This document shows, piece after piece, positions 20,521 through 32,544 of a stretch of DNA of 64,000 bases (positions are counted from its first letter, which is position 1; each line of letters begins with the position of its first letter). The translations under genes and the position numbers were made by a program. This DNA is from Euglena gracilis (lineage: Eukaryota). Location: the NCBI GenBank assembly GCA_039621445.1, contig CP154954.1:39269816-39333815 (forward strand), written 5' to 3'. The notes under the pieces were generated by a model. The model did no database searches. It was not told the origin of the DNA and saw nothing but the letters and a program-made list of their open reading frames with translations.

Positions 20521-22845
20521 GCAAGAATGCCGTTAGTGTGGTAAGCAGAAAAAAATACTGCAAATATGACAAAATCTCATCATTTGTGACTATGTCACTG
20601 AGAAATACTGACTTTTGTCAGATTTTTAGGGAAATCCCTATCAGGATTCAGGGCAGAAATGCAGATTCTGTGTCGAGAGTTGCATTTCTGTAACCAAAAG
20701 TGCAACTTTGTTGCATTTCGAGGCATTTAAGACTGCAAATTTGCCAAGTGCACATAGTGCTTGCTGAGAGTGTCCAATAACACTGCATGTTTGCTGTTGC
20801 ATAGATTTTGGGACTTGGGTGTCTAATAACACCACATCACCCACAAATCTGTAAAATTGTGCAAAAATATCGCAAAAAAAGCAAAAATACGCTTGAAAAT
20901 ACAAGTAAAACATGTCTACGACATCTTGAGCAAAGGCAAAATTGCCATTATCAGCATATCCCTTTGCATTCCATTCTGGCATAGTGCCTCATGGTCACTC
21001 CCATTAGGGATATGAGTGCCAGAATTGGGAAAAATCACCAAAAATTGCAGAAAATCAATGATTTCAATGAAAATTTGCACATAAGTGCTCCTAAAAATGA
21101 TTCTAGTGAGTCGAAATGGTTCCAAATTGTGGGCTATAGCCCTCTGAACTGTACCAGGCCTAATAGCCCATACAGAGGGGGTAATGGGCAGAATGCTGCC
21201 AAAGGTACTAAAAAATGGCCATTAGCCAATCTGGTAACCAATGGTAATTAGCCATCAGAAACGATGTAGGGAACTGTGTAGAAGCCTTTCAGGCTGATTT
21301 GCCAGTCTGGTACACGATCGTACAAGATCTGGCCCAAAATTTGGCTTTTGGCCAGATTGGCTGGGCTTAATTCAATTTTTCACGATCTCCTCAAATAAGA
21401 GTACCGTGCAGAGTTACAGCGATCTGTTTGCACCGCTGGACGGCTCATCGAACGAGCTTTCGAATGAGGGGTAACATGGCCTATCGGCCAGCTACAGGCG
21501 CTGAGATACGTCTTTGATCTTTTGCCTGTGTGAGTGAGCTTTTGCTATAAGCTCCCATAATTTATTCTACAAAGACAACTTTTGGTTTATATCTCATACG
21601 CACTACTACATACAGTCAAAACCTCATGGCACGAGGTGCCAGAAATTTTGAAGCTTTTGTGGTGGTTTTGAGGCTATGCCAAAGTGACACTTATGCAAAT
21701 CTGCAAAACTAGCCTATTTGGCTTGTTTTGGCCAATTCAGCCACTTTCAGCAATGTAATATGGCTTTTTGTGCCATTTTTTGAGGTCCTATGGACTTTTC
21801 ACTTTATAATATGGATTTGTGGACCTTTGGTCCTTTTGGTCCTTGCAATTTGTGCAAATTGGTCCTATGGACCCATGGACCACATGGGTAATGGCCCATA
21901 GGCCTTGCACATCATAGGGTGTATTGGTCACATAGACCTAAGGCTAAGTGGTCAAGACCACAAAAATGCATGTTTGAATTAATTTTCTTCATTTTCTTTT
22001 TTTTTGGGGGGGGGCAACTATGGGGGGCACATAAAAGAAATGAAATTGTGAGCATTTTCCCATATCGGGATTGCATTTTGCCAAAGTATATGCCATTTAG
22101 GCACAAAACTGCTATTTAAGCACAAGTTGGATAAGTTTTCGGGAAAAATGCAGTATTTGCAATACATCCCAAAAACTTTATCACATGACTTGTGTTGCTC
22201 TATAGAGCTTTGGGAACACCAAAATATTTTTGGTGTGGGAGTGGATTGTGCAAAAAACCGTATTCACATAAAACTTCACTTCTTGTTTGCTGTCATCAAA
22301 CAAAATCTGCAATTTGATGATGTGGTACAGAAACAAACATCCATGAACAGAGTTGCGGATTTACACACATATATCTTTGGGAATGATTCCCAAAAGAATA
22401 TGGGGGCTTTGGGCGTATACCCATGTGTCATAAATGCACGATGGTGCTCACACGACATTGTGAGAAAGGTTGCTAAGGTGGGTGGCGCGATACGCGCGGG
22501 TTCTAGCGCGATACGCGCATGATATGGCGCGATACGCGCGGGGGGGGGGGCAGTTACTGCACAACATGTGCGTGGGGGGGGGGTAGGCTTGGAAGCGCGA
22601 TATGCGCAGGATTCGCGCGACTCGCGGTGTGCGCAATTAGCGCTTGGGGGGAATGTGAGCTATGCGCATGCATTGATGTGCGCTATGCGCTTCGGGGGGA
22701 ATGTGCACATAGTGCTGAATTTCTCTTGCACTTGACAAAAATCGGTCGATGAATAGAGCTCTCCGTTGGAGATAGAGTGTGGGGGGATTAGTTTTGATGT
22801 ATATATTCACCTTTGTGTTTGGTTGGTGATTGTGTGGAAAGTTCT

Positions 22846-23533
22846 CCTAGAGTGCACACCATGGGGGGGAGGTGCGGAGTAGTTGTCCTGGTCGCGCATG
22901 TCGGTCTGCGGGGGTGAGTGTGTAAAAAATATTGAGCATGCGAATTTTGGAGCTGCTGGGGGTGTACAGGATTGTCTGAATCGACAAACCTGGTGGAAAA
23001 CGAAAGTTGAAAGCAGCTGGGCGACTACTCGACACCGTTTAAACTTCAGGCCTTTGGGCTTTCGTCTTTGGAACCCAGTGGAACGAATGGGGGTTAAGCT
23101 ACTTGTTACCCCTACCGCATGTGGAACGTTTGTGGATATGCGGTGGGTAGGGGGGGCACTTTCTCTTTACCCCTGGGTTGATAACGGTGTTGGTGTTGTG
23201 GAAAACGGTGTTGCTGTCATCGAAAACGGTATGTAAAAGTGATGATGAGTGGAAGTTTGAGGGGGGGGAAGAATTTTGCGGTGTAGTGTGCGTTCTTGGA
23301 GCGGGAATCCACTCAACCACATGGACATTCATGGGCTATCCCATGATAAACCACAACCGGAAACACAAAAGTGTCTATATGTCAAAGGTTCATGTAAATT
23401 TTGAGTGGGGACACCAGAAAATCCTTGCACAATGACCAGAAAGGATACTGGGCAGGGGATGACTAGGGTCGCGACTCCTGTCACCTCCTTTCTAGTAGCC
23501 TCTGTAGTCCGCATCCTTGGATTTTTGGTTCCT
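22846..23533 (-). pseudogene. Eroded remnant of family-B-like post-protease pol linker
   Basis: Nucleotide blocks such as TCAGGCCTTTGGG.TTTCGTCTT and GTCCTGGTCGCGCATG match 18150-18560; no intact frame. Confidence 0.7.
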
Positions 23534-26500
23534 TCACTCAAAAACCGAACCGGTGGCCATATCAGCCGTTGACTTTCTTGACGCATATACGTCTCTGACT
23601 ATATGAGCGCTAAAGCGGGGATGATCCCTTTGGTTACGTGGGGTATCATCCCCCTCCCTGCCCGAAGCCGGGTCATAATCCTCAATAGAGGTTGTTCGTT
23701 GACCTACCTTATGCCTTTTGGCTGAAGTATGATCTTTTGAACTGCGAATCATATCGCGATGGCTATGGCTTGGGTGGGGAGGAGTCGCATAGCGACATTT
23801 AGGTGAGGGGTGTTTATAGGATCCGCAATGCGAACATTTGGATCGCGAGTGCGGATATTTACTGGTATCAAACCTGTTTTGGGATTTTTGCGATTGCGCA
23901 TATGATGAGGCTGATCCTCTTGGGCTTGTGTTGCGCTTTCGCGCTGCGGGATTTGGACAATGGCAAGATATATGACCCTTTGTGTTGCACAAAAAGCACA
24001 ATTTGTCCGAGAATTCTTCTGAAGAGCGCGAATCGCGCAATTTGGATTCCGCCATACCGGTATGGGATAAGCGTGATACATTTTTCATAAAACTAACTTG
24101 GATAGCGGGTATTCCTGCTGTGGGGTGGCTCGTATAAGCCGACTGAATTTGTCCGAGAAGCTGTGATAGCTTCAATTGTTTGGAAACATAGTTCCATCGC
24201 TCATCGAGCGTCAAAATATGTCCTGCGAGTTCCTCGCGGTGAATTTCTTTGATGAGTTTGGGTATAAAGTGCAGTAATACTGCGTCAAATTGCTCTTTCA
24301 TTTGGGTTTCGCCTAACTCGTCTACTTCGGCTGCCAAACAGAGCCATTTTGAGTACCATAGGTCTATCGACCTCCATTTTCGATCATGGGGGGCATATTG
24401 CCGCCATTTTTTCTCCAGAGTGATTCTGGAAACTAAACTGGAACATGATGAAGCATATTGCTCTACCAAATCCTGAAAAGTAATGCGCCCGCGAATGACC
24501 AATAGTCTGGCGCGTTCCTTTTCATCTTTTGGTAGACAATCTATGAATTCCATTTTGATCACCTCTGGGTTTCCGTTGTGGGTTGATCCTTTCAGATCCC
24601 AATAATATTCCCAATCACGGAAAAACTGTTTCCATGTTGTTGGGTCACCGTCCCATTGGGGCTTTACCTTTTTCGCGATAGCGATGATTCCTTTTATATC
24701 TTTCTGAGACTCCCATGGCCCTTCGGTGGTATTCAAGGAGGTTGGGTCTGGGCGCAAAACCGCACCATGCACGGGTACCTCGGCGGTTGCACCAAGTGTA
24801 CTTTTGGGTGTATTTTGCGAATGCGCATTCAATTTTCCACTTGGTGTACCATAGGTACCTTGCAAACTTGGTGAATCGCGAATGCGCGAATGGTGATGCT
24901 GATGCATCTCAGGATGAATACCATGTGCGGTAGTGCGGTTCATACCGCGACAAAGTTCATATTCCCAAATTTTTCGATTTCTTTGAGGGTTTTGCTTGGC
25001 TTTCTCTTGAAAACCAACCCCATCATCGAAAAAATGGTCCATTGGGACTGGTAACGCTGGGGGAGGGACCACTGCATGAGCAGCATCGTAATTTTGTGGC
25101 AACGTGCCAATGGGCTCTGCCACAGGTGCGCTATTAGCGCTTTTGAAGCTGGAATCTGCGGCAAGTGTGCCTGCAACACCCATATCGGGTTTTTGTTGTA
25201 AAAAACGCAATTGTGCGTGTACTTGATCCAAATTTTCTGTAAAGTCACGAAAATTTTTCTCCAAATCATCGAGAGTTTTCAGATGATCGGTGATTGCACC
25301 AATATCTTCCTGCAAGCGCTTAATACGCCTGCGGTGTTTGGACATATCGTCCAGAAGAGGGATTTTGTCAGAAATCAACAGGAAATCCTGCGAAATTGCA
25401 CCAAAAACAGTGTCCAATTCTTGAACTCGTACTGCTAAAGTGCGTATCGCACTGGAAATGATCTCCAATTGTGGAGATGGTTGGTCCGAATGCGGACTTT
25501 TGACTATTTCAGCCTTTGGCTGTTCCATCAAGACCGAAACTTGCGCGGATAGCGCAATAATGTCATTTTGCAGTTTTGTGACATCCTGCTTCACCGTTTT
25601 CTCGGTGTTCATGAGACTATCACAAAATCCTTGCATAATTTCGTGATTTTCCGCGCGCATTTCAGCGCAAAACTGCTCCAAGTGTAGGGATGTGAGTGTG
25701 GGTATGGGTGTGGTCGACGGCAATGCGTCTGGGGTTGGTGATTGCACCTGAAGCAATTTTGTGCTTAATTCTTGCATGCATATCTGCAAATCCGCTATCG
25801 CGGTTTGAATTCCGGTCACATCCGTTATTTTGCGGGTCACTTCCGCATGGCGGGTATAAGCCTTAGCCAAAGCGGCTTCGATTTGTGCCATGTCACTTTG
25901 CCGCTGTTGTTGCAAATCCTCAAACCTACTCGCAATATTTGCGATTTGGGTGTGAAAACTTGCAACTTCAGCAGGAACTTCCCCACAATGGCAAGGTTTC
26001 TGCTCCAATCGAGAAATTCTTTCCTCCAATTCTTGCACATAAGTGCGGGAGGCAAAACTTTCACGTTGTTGGGCATGAAAGTGGGAAACATTCGCGGAAT
26101 CGCCGCTGAGTTGGAAAATGCACTGTTGTGCTTCCTGAAAAGCAGTTGCAAGGGTGGAAAACTGCTCCACTGTAATGAATTGTCCCAAATCGGGATATTT
26201 GGTGGGAGGTTCATGCAACTTTTGCTGTAATTGTGGAAAAATTGCCGTAATTGGCTCCAGTTGATCAGACAAAGCCTGCAAACTATGTTGCAAGTGGGAA
26301 AACTTCGCATCATTGCGGGATTGTATTTCACACACTGTCCCACTCACTTTTTGGAATTTTTGCGGCAATTGTGCCTTTAAATTAGCCGAGTCCATGCAAG
26401 GCATGGCAGGAAAAGAACCCGTATCGGGTGGGGATGGCAATTGTCCGATCAGAGTTGGAGGTGGGTGAGAATGGGGGGGCTGGAAATAACATGGTGTTTC

Positions 26501-27040
26501 CAACCCATCCTCAACAAAACGTTGTTGTGGTGTAACCGCCTCAGGGTCATATGTGCCTATCGGCATTGGTGCGAGATCTCGCTGGGGCGAATACCTGTCA
26601 GCCGATCGGCTTTCCAACAAGAGTGGTTGAGCCTGTTGGGCTATGGGCAGCTCGATAGAGCTGCTGGACACCGATAGGTGTGGGGGAGCCCATTGGGCGG
26701 GGGGATGAGGCACCATTAGGTTTGCACCCCGTTGGGGTTGGGAATGCTCGATAGAGCTGGACAATTGGGTGGTGGGGTGCTCAATAGAGCTGTTAATTTG
26801 GGTGGGGGGATGCTCAATGGAGCTGGGGATTTGGGTGGGGGGATGCTCAATAGAGCTGGGGATTTGTGTGGCGGGATGCTCAATAGAGCTGAGGACTTGT
26901 GTGGGGGGATGCTCAATAGAGCTGGGGGTATACCTTGATTGGAGCTTATACTCCTCTTGTGACAATTCATGTGAAGTGCTTCTCAAAGAACCAATCAATT
27001 CTTGGTAATCAATGAGTGTGTTGGTGCTTGAGCTCTGCAT
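23534..27040 (-). CDS. gag: Intact Gag (~1168 aa): coiled coils, capsid-like region, two CCHC zinc knuckles
   Basis: ATG at 27040 (MQSSSTN, equivalent to MQSTG of family B), KPQWDGDPTTWKQFFRDW, CFLCNTKGHISCHC, CSHCGSYKHPSPKC. Confidence 0.88.
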   Translation of the reverse strand: MQSSSTNTLIDYQELIGSLRSTSHELSQEEYKLQSRYTPSSIEHPPTQVLSSIEHPATQIPSSIEHPPTQIPSSIEHPPTQINSSIEHPTTQLSSSIEHSQPQRGANLMVPHPPAQWAPPHLSVSSSSIELPIAQQAQPLLLESRSADRYSPQRDLAPMPIGTYDPEAVTPQQRFVEDGLETPCYFQPPHSHPPPTLIGQLPSPPDTGSFPAMPCMDSANLKAQLPQKFQKVSGTVCEIQSRNDAKFSHLQHSLQALSDQLEPITAIFPQLQQKLHEPPTKYPDLGQFITVEQFSTLATAFQEAQQCIFQLSGDSANVSHFHAQQRESFASRTYVQELEERISRLEQKPCHCGEVPAEVASFHTQIANIASRFEDLQQQRQSDMAQIEAALAKAYTRHAEVTRKITDVTGIQTAIADLQICMQELSTKLLQVQSPTPDALPSTTPIPTLTSLHLEQFCAEMRAENHEIMQGFCDSLMNTEKTVKQDVTKLQNDIIALSAQVSVLMEQPKAEIVKSPHSDQPSPQLEIISSAIRTLAVRVQELDTVFGAISQDFLLISDKIPLLDDMSKHRRRIKRLQEDIGAITDHLKTLDDLEKNFRDFTENLDQVHAQLRFLQQKPDMGVAGTLAADSSFKSANSAPVAEPIGTLPQNYDAAHAVVPPPALPVPMDHFFDDGVGFQEKAKQNPQRNRKIWEYELCRGMNRTTAHGIHPEMHQHHHSRIRDSPSLQGTYGTPSGKLNAHSQNTPKSTLGATAEVPVHGAVLRPDPTSLNTTEGPWESQKDIKGIIAIAKKVKPQWDGDPTTWKQFFRDWEYYWDLKGSTHNGNPEVIKMEFIDCLPKDEKERARLLVIRGRITFQDLVEQYASSCSSLVSRITLEKKWRQYAPHDRKWRSIDLWYSKWLCLAAEVDELGETQMKEQFDAVLLHFIPKLIKEIHREELAGHILTLDERWNYVSKQLKLSQLLGQIQSAYTSHPTAGIPAIQVSFMKNVSRLSHTGMAESKLRDSRSSEEFSDKLCFLCNTKGHISCHCPNPAARKRNTSPRGSASSYAQSQKSQNRFDTSKYPHSRSKCSHCGSYKHPSPKCRYATPPHPSHSHRDMIRSSKDHTSAKRHKVGQRTTSIEDYDPASGREGDDTPRNQRDHPRFSAHIVRDVYASRKSTADMATGSVFE
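26740..26930 (-). repeat. 33 bp coding tandem repeat (SSIEHPPTQIP, ~6 units) in gag
   Basis: Seen directly in DNA (GATGCTCAATAGAGCTG) and in the translation. Confidence 0.9.
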
Positions 27041-27282
27041 ATTTTTTTTTGCAGAAAAAAACACAAGCAAACCCAAAAAGGTAAGCAAAGGAACAAACTT
27101 AGAAGGATATGGCAGCGTATACTGCCCAGAGCCTCCTGAAGCTTGTACCTGTGCTTCGAAGTTGGCTCCAAACAGCTCGTGGATGCTTTGTAGCCTATAG
27201 GCTCAGCACCACTCACTGTTTGAAGTCACCTGTTAAGATGAGGGGGAGAAGGGGGGAGAAGGGGCGTAGGAAAGAAACCAAA

Positions 27283-27358
27283 TCTGCTACCAAGTGTATT
27301 CCCTGGTAGTCTTTCTGTTTGTGAAGAATGTGTAGGTTCGTAACCTATTCTGCTACCA
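27283..27358 (-). promoter_or_regulatory. Two tandem tRNA-iMet PBS motifs 66 bp apart
   Basis: TCTGCTACCA at 27283-27292 and 27349-27358 (TGGTAGCAGA on minus strand). Confidence 0.85.
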
Positions 27359-27792
27359 AGTGTACGTCCCCTGACTCTATTCCCACTGCCTGTCGGCCTA
27401 CTTACACCCTCCCGTGGGAACAGAACCAGGAGAGTAACAAAAAAGAAAGTCTTTCACTTAACTATTAGTTTTTATTGCCTTTGGGCTTATGCAGAGCACA
27501 AGGCAGGTGGAGGAGCCCTATGGGCTACGGAAATCGATGCCAAGTTCTTGGCTGTCCTTTCCGGACTTCAAATCAGAAAAATCAAACTTGAAACTCAAGT
27601 CTTGAATCAAAGACCAGAATGGAATAAAATAATACCACCTGTGAAAAGAGAAGGCAGATCCGAGATAGGATAGGCCATTCCTAATTCTGCAATTTGTATT
27701 GCAGAACCTGGAATGATACTATCTGGCATGCCACTGTACATTCTGCAGATTGCTGCTATGCACAGTGCCATGTTCATGCTGCCTGGTACACA
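27359..27792 (-). repeat. 5' LTR of gag-only element
   Basis: Direct repeat of 18825-19258, adjacent to the PBS. Confidence 0.93.
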
Positions 27793-30700
27793 CTTTCACC
27801 AAGGGGGGTGTTGGTATGAACCCGTACCGAAAAAGTAGTGCAATGCGACAACCAGTGTCAATGAGAATTTTGACTTTTGCACAAAAATTTTGGCTTCTGA
27901 TTTCCGCTTGGGCCAAAAGTTCCATGGGGGGTAAGCAAAGTGAAGGTTCTGGCGAAAATACGTTTTCTTGCCAGCTTTCCCATGAACCCTTTCCGACTTT
28001 GCACAACATTCCGAGCGGAAAGTTGGAGTGGGGGGTGGGGGACCCGAAAATTTTCCGGGTACCGACCAGTAAGGTCGGTACCCGGGGGGGCAGGGTTGAT
28101 CAGGTCCTACCTCCATCTGTTCATCAGCCCACAGGTCCGTGCCCTCGGACCTCGGACTCCCCTACTCCTGGTCCGGACCGGCCGAATAGCCGGCTACGGG
28201 CCTTTTAGAGGTGTAAACGGATTTCAACGTGTGCACCGCCATGCGGGCCTCGTCGAAATCGGTATCCGTGGTCTCATCCCCCTCCCTGCCCGAAGCCGGG
28301 GTGTCATCCTCCAAACAAGATATCTTGAAACCGACTTTATGGCGGTTGGAGGAATGACCCTTGTCACCGCGATTCATACCGCGATGACGTTGGCTAGGGC
28401 GGGGAGAACGAGAACGCGGACACTTGGATGAGTGGTGACCACTCGATCCACAAAGCGAACACTGAGATTTGTGTCGCGAATCTGGATAACGGGGGGATCG
28501 GTTTCCCGATTTCCCGTCAAACCGTCGTGGTGACCGGGTATCCCGTCGACCATGACCGGTGTATCGGGGTTTTCCCAATGAGGATCGCGAAGAGGATGAT
28601 CCGCTTCGCGAACGCGATCGCGATGTCTCGCGATAAGAATCACGCTTCTTGGCAGGGGCACCGGGTGACCTGCCCCGAGGGGTACCGTGTTTCCGCTCAT
28701 CGCGGAACGGGATCCGGGGGCTAATACCACCGGAACGGGGACCCGATGACCGTGAATTGCCCGATTGGCGTGAAAACGCGGAGGAATCCAAACCCCGTGA
28801 CGAGGTCGAGCCTCGCGGACTCTGACCACGCTTTTGTGCTTCAGGGTTAGGACATTCCCGAGACATATGCCCCGATTTGTAGCACAGAAAGCACACTTTA
28901 TCCGTGGCTTGGTCCGAAGAACGCGGGTATCACGTTTTCGTTACCGTGTTTGGTGAAGTGGGTGAAACCGGTGATTTTTGCAATGCGTTCACTGAACCAG
29001 CCGGTAATCCCGCGGTTGGGTGTACGGTATACGCGGATTGAATCTGACCAAGAAGCTGTGATAGCTTCAACTGCTTGGAAACGTAATTCCAGCGTTGGTG
29101 GATATGGATATCCAGCGTTCAAGGATATGGATATCCTTGAGGAGGCTAGGCGTGAAATGCATGAGAACAGCGTCAAACTGTTCGTGCATTTGCTTTTCAC
29201 TGAGTTCATCACTTCAGCAGCAAGTCCTAACCATTTGGTATACCAAAGGTCAATGGACTTCCACTTGCGATCGGGTGGAACGCATTGCCGCCACTTGGTC
29301 TCTAGGGTGATCCTAGCGACCAAACTTGAGCTGGTGGAAGCGTATTGCTCTACAACGTCATCAAAGGAAACGCGGTAGCGAATGACGAGTTGTCGCGCGC
29401 GCTCCTTCTCATCCCTTGGGAGGCAATCGATGAATTCCATCTTGATCACCTCCGGGTTTGGGTCCTGGGTTGGCCCCTTCAATGCCCAGTAGTACACCCA
29501 GTCCCGGAAAAACTGTCTCCATGTGGTTGGATCACCATCCCATTGGGGTTTCACCTTGTTCGCGATTGCGATTGTGCCTTTGAAGTCTTTCTGAGAAACC
29601 CAACGACCCTCGGTGGTATTCCGCGGTTTTGGGCCTGGGTACGCTCGAGCACCAAGCGTATCCTGTCCGGATTCTTGTCGGAATAGCGAAATTTCTGGTG
29701 AAGGTGAATCCTGGTACCGGATATCCGGTCGCAAACCCTGTTGGTAACCCGTAATAGGGGGACACTCCGGTGTGGGGGTATGTCGCGCATACAACATGTG
29801 ACCCACTCCCGGTGTACGGGTTTGGCTCATCCCACGCACAAGCATGGAATGATGGATTTCTTGGTGGAGACTTGGCGGAATCGCCGTGTTTTCCGAAAAT
29901 TCGGTTCCCGTAATGGGATGTTCATCCGAAAACTAGGTTTGGGTTGTGGGCAAGGCCAATGGTGGCACAATTCGCGGAATCGCGGATTGTGACACGTGGG
30001 ACACGGGTGGTGGTGGTGCATGTGCACCTGGAGTCGGGGTGTGGAAACGCGACTCTGGAACATTCGGCGCGTCTTCGGCAATGCATACTGTCGAATCACG
30101 ATGTGGAACCCGCTGTTGGTTGGACACATTATCCAAACCGACAGACAAGTCATGCACACTTTGCTCCAAATGCTCAACGAGCTGGAGTTGGCCGCAAATA
30201 CGGTCAACCTCATCCTCCAAAGCGCGAATACGCTTGCGGTCACAGGAAAAATCATCTGTGTGCGGAATCCTTTCGGAAATTCCGGTGACATCTTGGACAA
30301 GTTTCCCGTGAGACTCATCCAATAGTTGGAGTTGTCCCGTTAATGCTTTTACAGCTGTTGAGAGAATCTGCAAAGGTGGTGTTACCTTGGATGGTGTGGT
30401 AGTGGGTGCAACCGGTGTAGGGTTATCCGATACCGGGGTTGTGCTACCCACGGGCAAATTTCCGGGTTGTGGCTTATCCAGAAACGCGGAAATTCGCTCA
30501 TCCAACCTGGTAATCTCACCTTGCGTGGATCGGGCATTCCGATTCACCGATTCCTCAAGCCGTAATAGGCTGTTGCAGAAACCTTGCAAAGTTTCCTGAT
30601 TGTCAGTGAGCATTTTGTCATAAAATGCCTTGAAATCAGGGTTCTCGGTAATCCGTGAAATGGAACCTGCAGGCAAAGACTGCATTTCCATAATTTTGGT

Positions 30701-30975
30701 AGACACCGGTGCATACCGGGTCTGGAGTTCCCCAATAGCAGTCTGAATACCGCTATTGTCCGGGACTCGGTGGGAAAGTGCGGAATAGCTTTGTTGCAAA
30801 CCCGCAATGGCCGAGTTAATCCCGCCAACGTCGGACTGCAACTGCAACTGCAGGGATTCCTGCCGTTGTGCCATTTTTGCGACTTTCGCGCTCAGATTGG
30901 ATAATCCAACCTGATTCGCGTCATAATAGCAGGTTTTCTCCTCCAAATGGGAAAGTCGCTCCTCCAACTGCGGCA
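27793..30975 (-). pseudogene. gag: Family B gag (partial) and protease N-terminus, frameshifted
   Basis: KPQWDGDPTTWRQFF, CFLCYKSGHMSREC, CSLCGSSGHHSSKC, TAG at 28162-28164, KILIDTGCRIAL. Confidence 0.88.
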
Positions 30976-32544
30976 TTTTTGGAATGGGAATTTGTGGAAC
31001 AAAGTCAGCCAAAAACCTGTTAAAAACCTCATTTTTCCAGTCCGGGGGACCCCCGGACCCCCCCCCCTCGGGGGGAGCGGGTCTAGCTAGTCCACTTCTT
31101 CCAGTGTCTAGTCGATTGGCTAGCCGGTACCCCCCCCGGGGGGTCCTTAAGCAAAAGCCTGGTCGGGAACCAAAATCTTGTGAAATGTGTCATAAAGCTT
31201 TTGATGCCGTTCCCCTTGAGGGATAACTGGAAAAGGAAAACCCTGTGGAGGATGTTCGCTAACCTCTCATCCTTGGGCAAGAGCACACCTCAACCCCCTC
31301 TGCACCCTTCGATCGAATTTCCAATACCCACATCTTTTCTGTTCATTTCCTGGAAAATTTGCCTCAATCTCACACTTGAAAATGATCCAGTATTTCATCC
31401 AGTTCACCGATTGCCATTTTTCTGTTTGCCCCCAATTGACCCCCCCCCCCAATTGCCTTTGGGGCATTTGTTCAAACGGTTCCGGCAAAAATGGCGTTTT
31501 TGGTGGTGGGGAACCCAGCCGACCTGGTCCCGGGGGCTGGTCACGTTTTTTTTTGGCACCCCCCGGTTCTTGGCATTGGGGCAATCTGGCCACGACCATC
31601 ACGCCCCCACCCTGATTAACACAGAAAAAATTACCAAGATTTCATTTTTGTGGCCCGTTGAACCCTGTGCTAATGGGGTTTGGGGGGGTCAGCTGGTCCA
31701 ACATTTTGGCACTCCCCCCCCAAGTTCTTGGCATTGAGGCAATCCCCGTCCCACAATTTGCCCGTTGTTTCTGGGGCAAAAAGAAACATATGTTCAGTAA
31801 TTTTGCGTTTCGCACCAGGCGGGCGGGAGGGCATTTTTGCCATTGCGTCCCAGAGAACCAGTGCCCCCCGTCACTCCCCTCCTTTGGTGGTGTGCAGGGC
31901 GAGGACGTCCCCGCGTCGCCGGCGGCCCACACCCTCCCCCCCCTTCCACCGCCGCCGCCACCGCATCGACGCGGGGGGCCGGCAGGGCGGCGTAGGGCAG
32001 AACCGGAATCGGCCAAAACAGCCAGGGTGGTCGGTGGATGGTTCCCCTCCCCCGCCGCCTTCTTGTACTTCAAGGAGCACCAATATCTGGATCCCAAATT
32101 TTTTTTAAGAGAATAAATCTCAGTGAAATTTGATTGTGCCAAGCTTTTCTTCACTTTTTTTTGTCTTTCGTTTCTTTCAACCCCTTTCCAAAAAGTACCA
32201 GTTTCTGAACCATGTTTTTCCAGTATTTTTGTGAAAAATTGTTGTCTTCACCTAAAAAGCATGCATTTCAACAGTTTTCCCCGGCCAAAATTTCCGTTTT
32301 CTCAAAATTGGTTGGGGGGGGGGCGACCCCCGCCCACCAGACCTTCCCGTTCTGCCGTGGGGCAGCGGGGAAGGTGGCCAGCGTTGCCGCAGCAGTCTGC
32401 CTGGCGTCCCCTTTGGTGGTGGTTTTTGCCACTTTTTTTGTTTTTTGTTGTTTGTTTTCCCAAAAGTTTGTCATTGACGTTCAATTGGCATTTCCCGAAG
32501 TTTTAGTCCGGCTTGATGTTTTTTTTTCCCGCAATGACGCAACG

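Larger units (their letters stand above)
18825..27792 (-). mobile_element. Young non-autonomous gag-only LTR retroelement (B-related), 8968 bp
   Basis: Two 434 bp LTRs with no differences seen by eye, TSD CTTTC (18820-18824 and 27793-27797), PBS, PPT, intact gag, no RT/IN. Confidence 0.92.
14012..30975 (-). mobile_element. Decayed gypsy chromodomain retrotransposon, family B (minus copy), 5'-truncated and interrupted by nested insertion 18825-27792
   Basis: Reverse-complement homolog of ~36715-44736. The sequence either side of the insertion rejoins to match 39905-39925. Confidence 0.9.
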
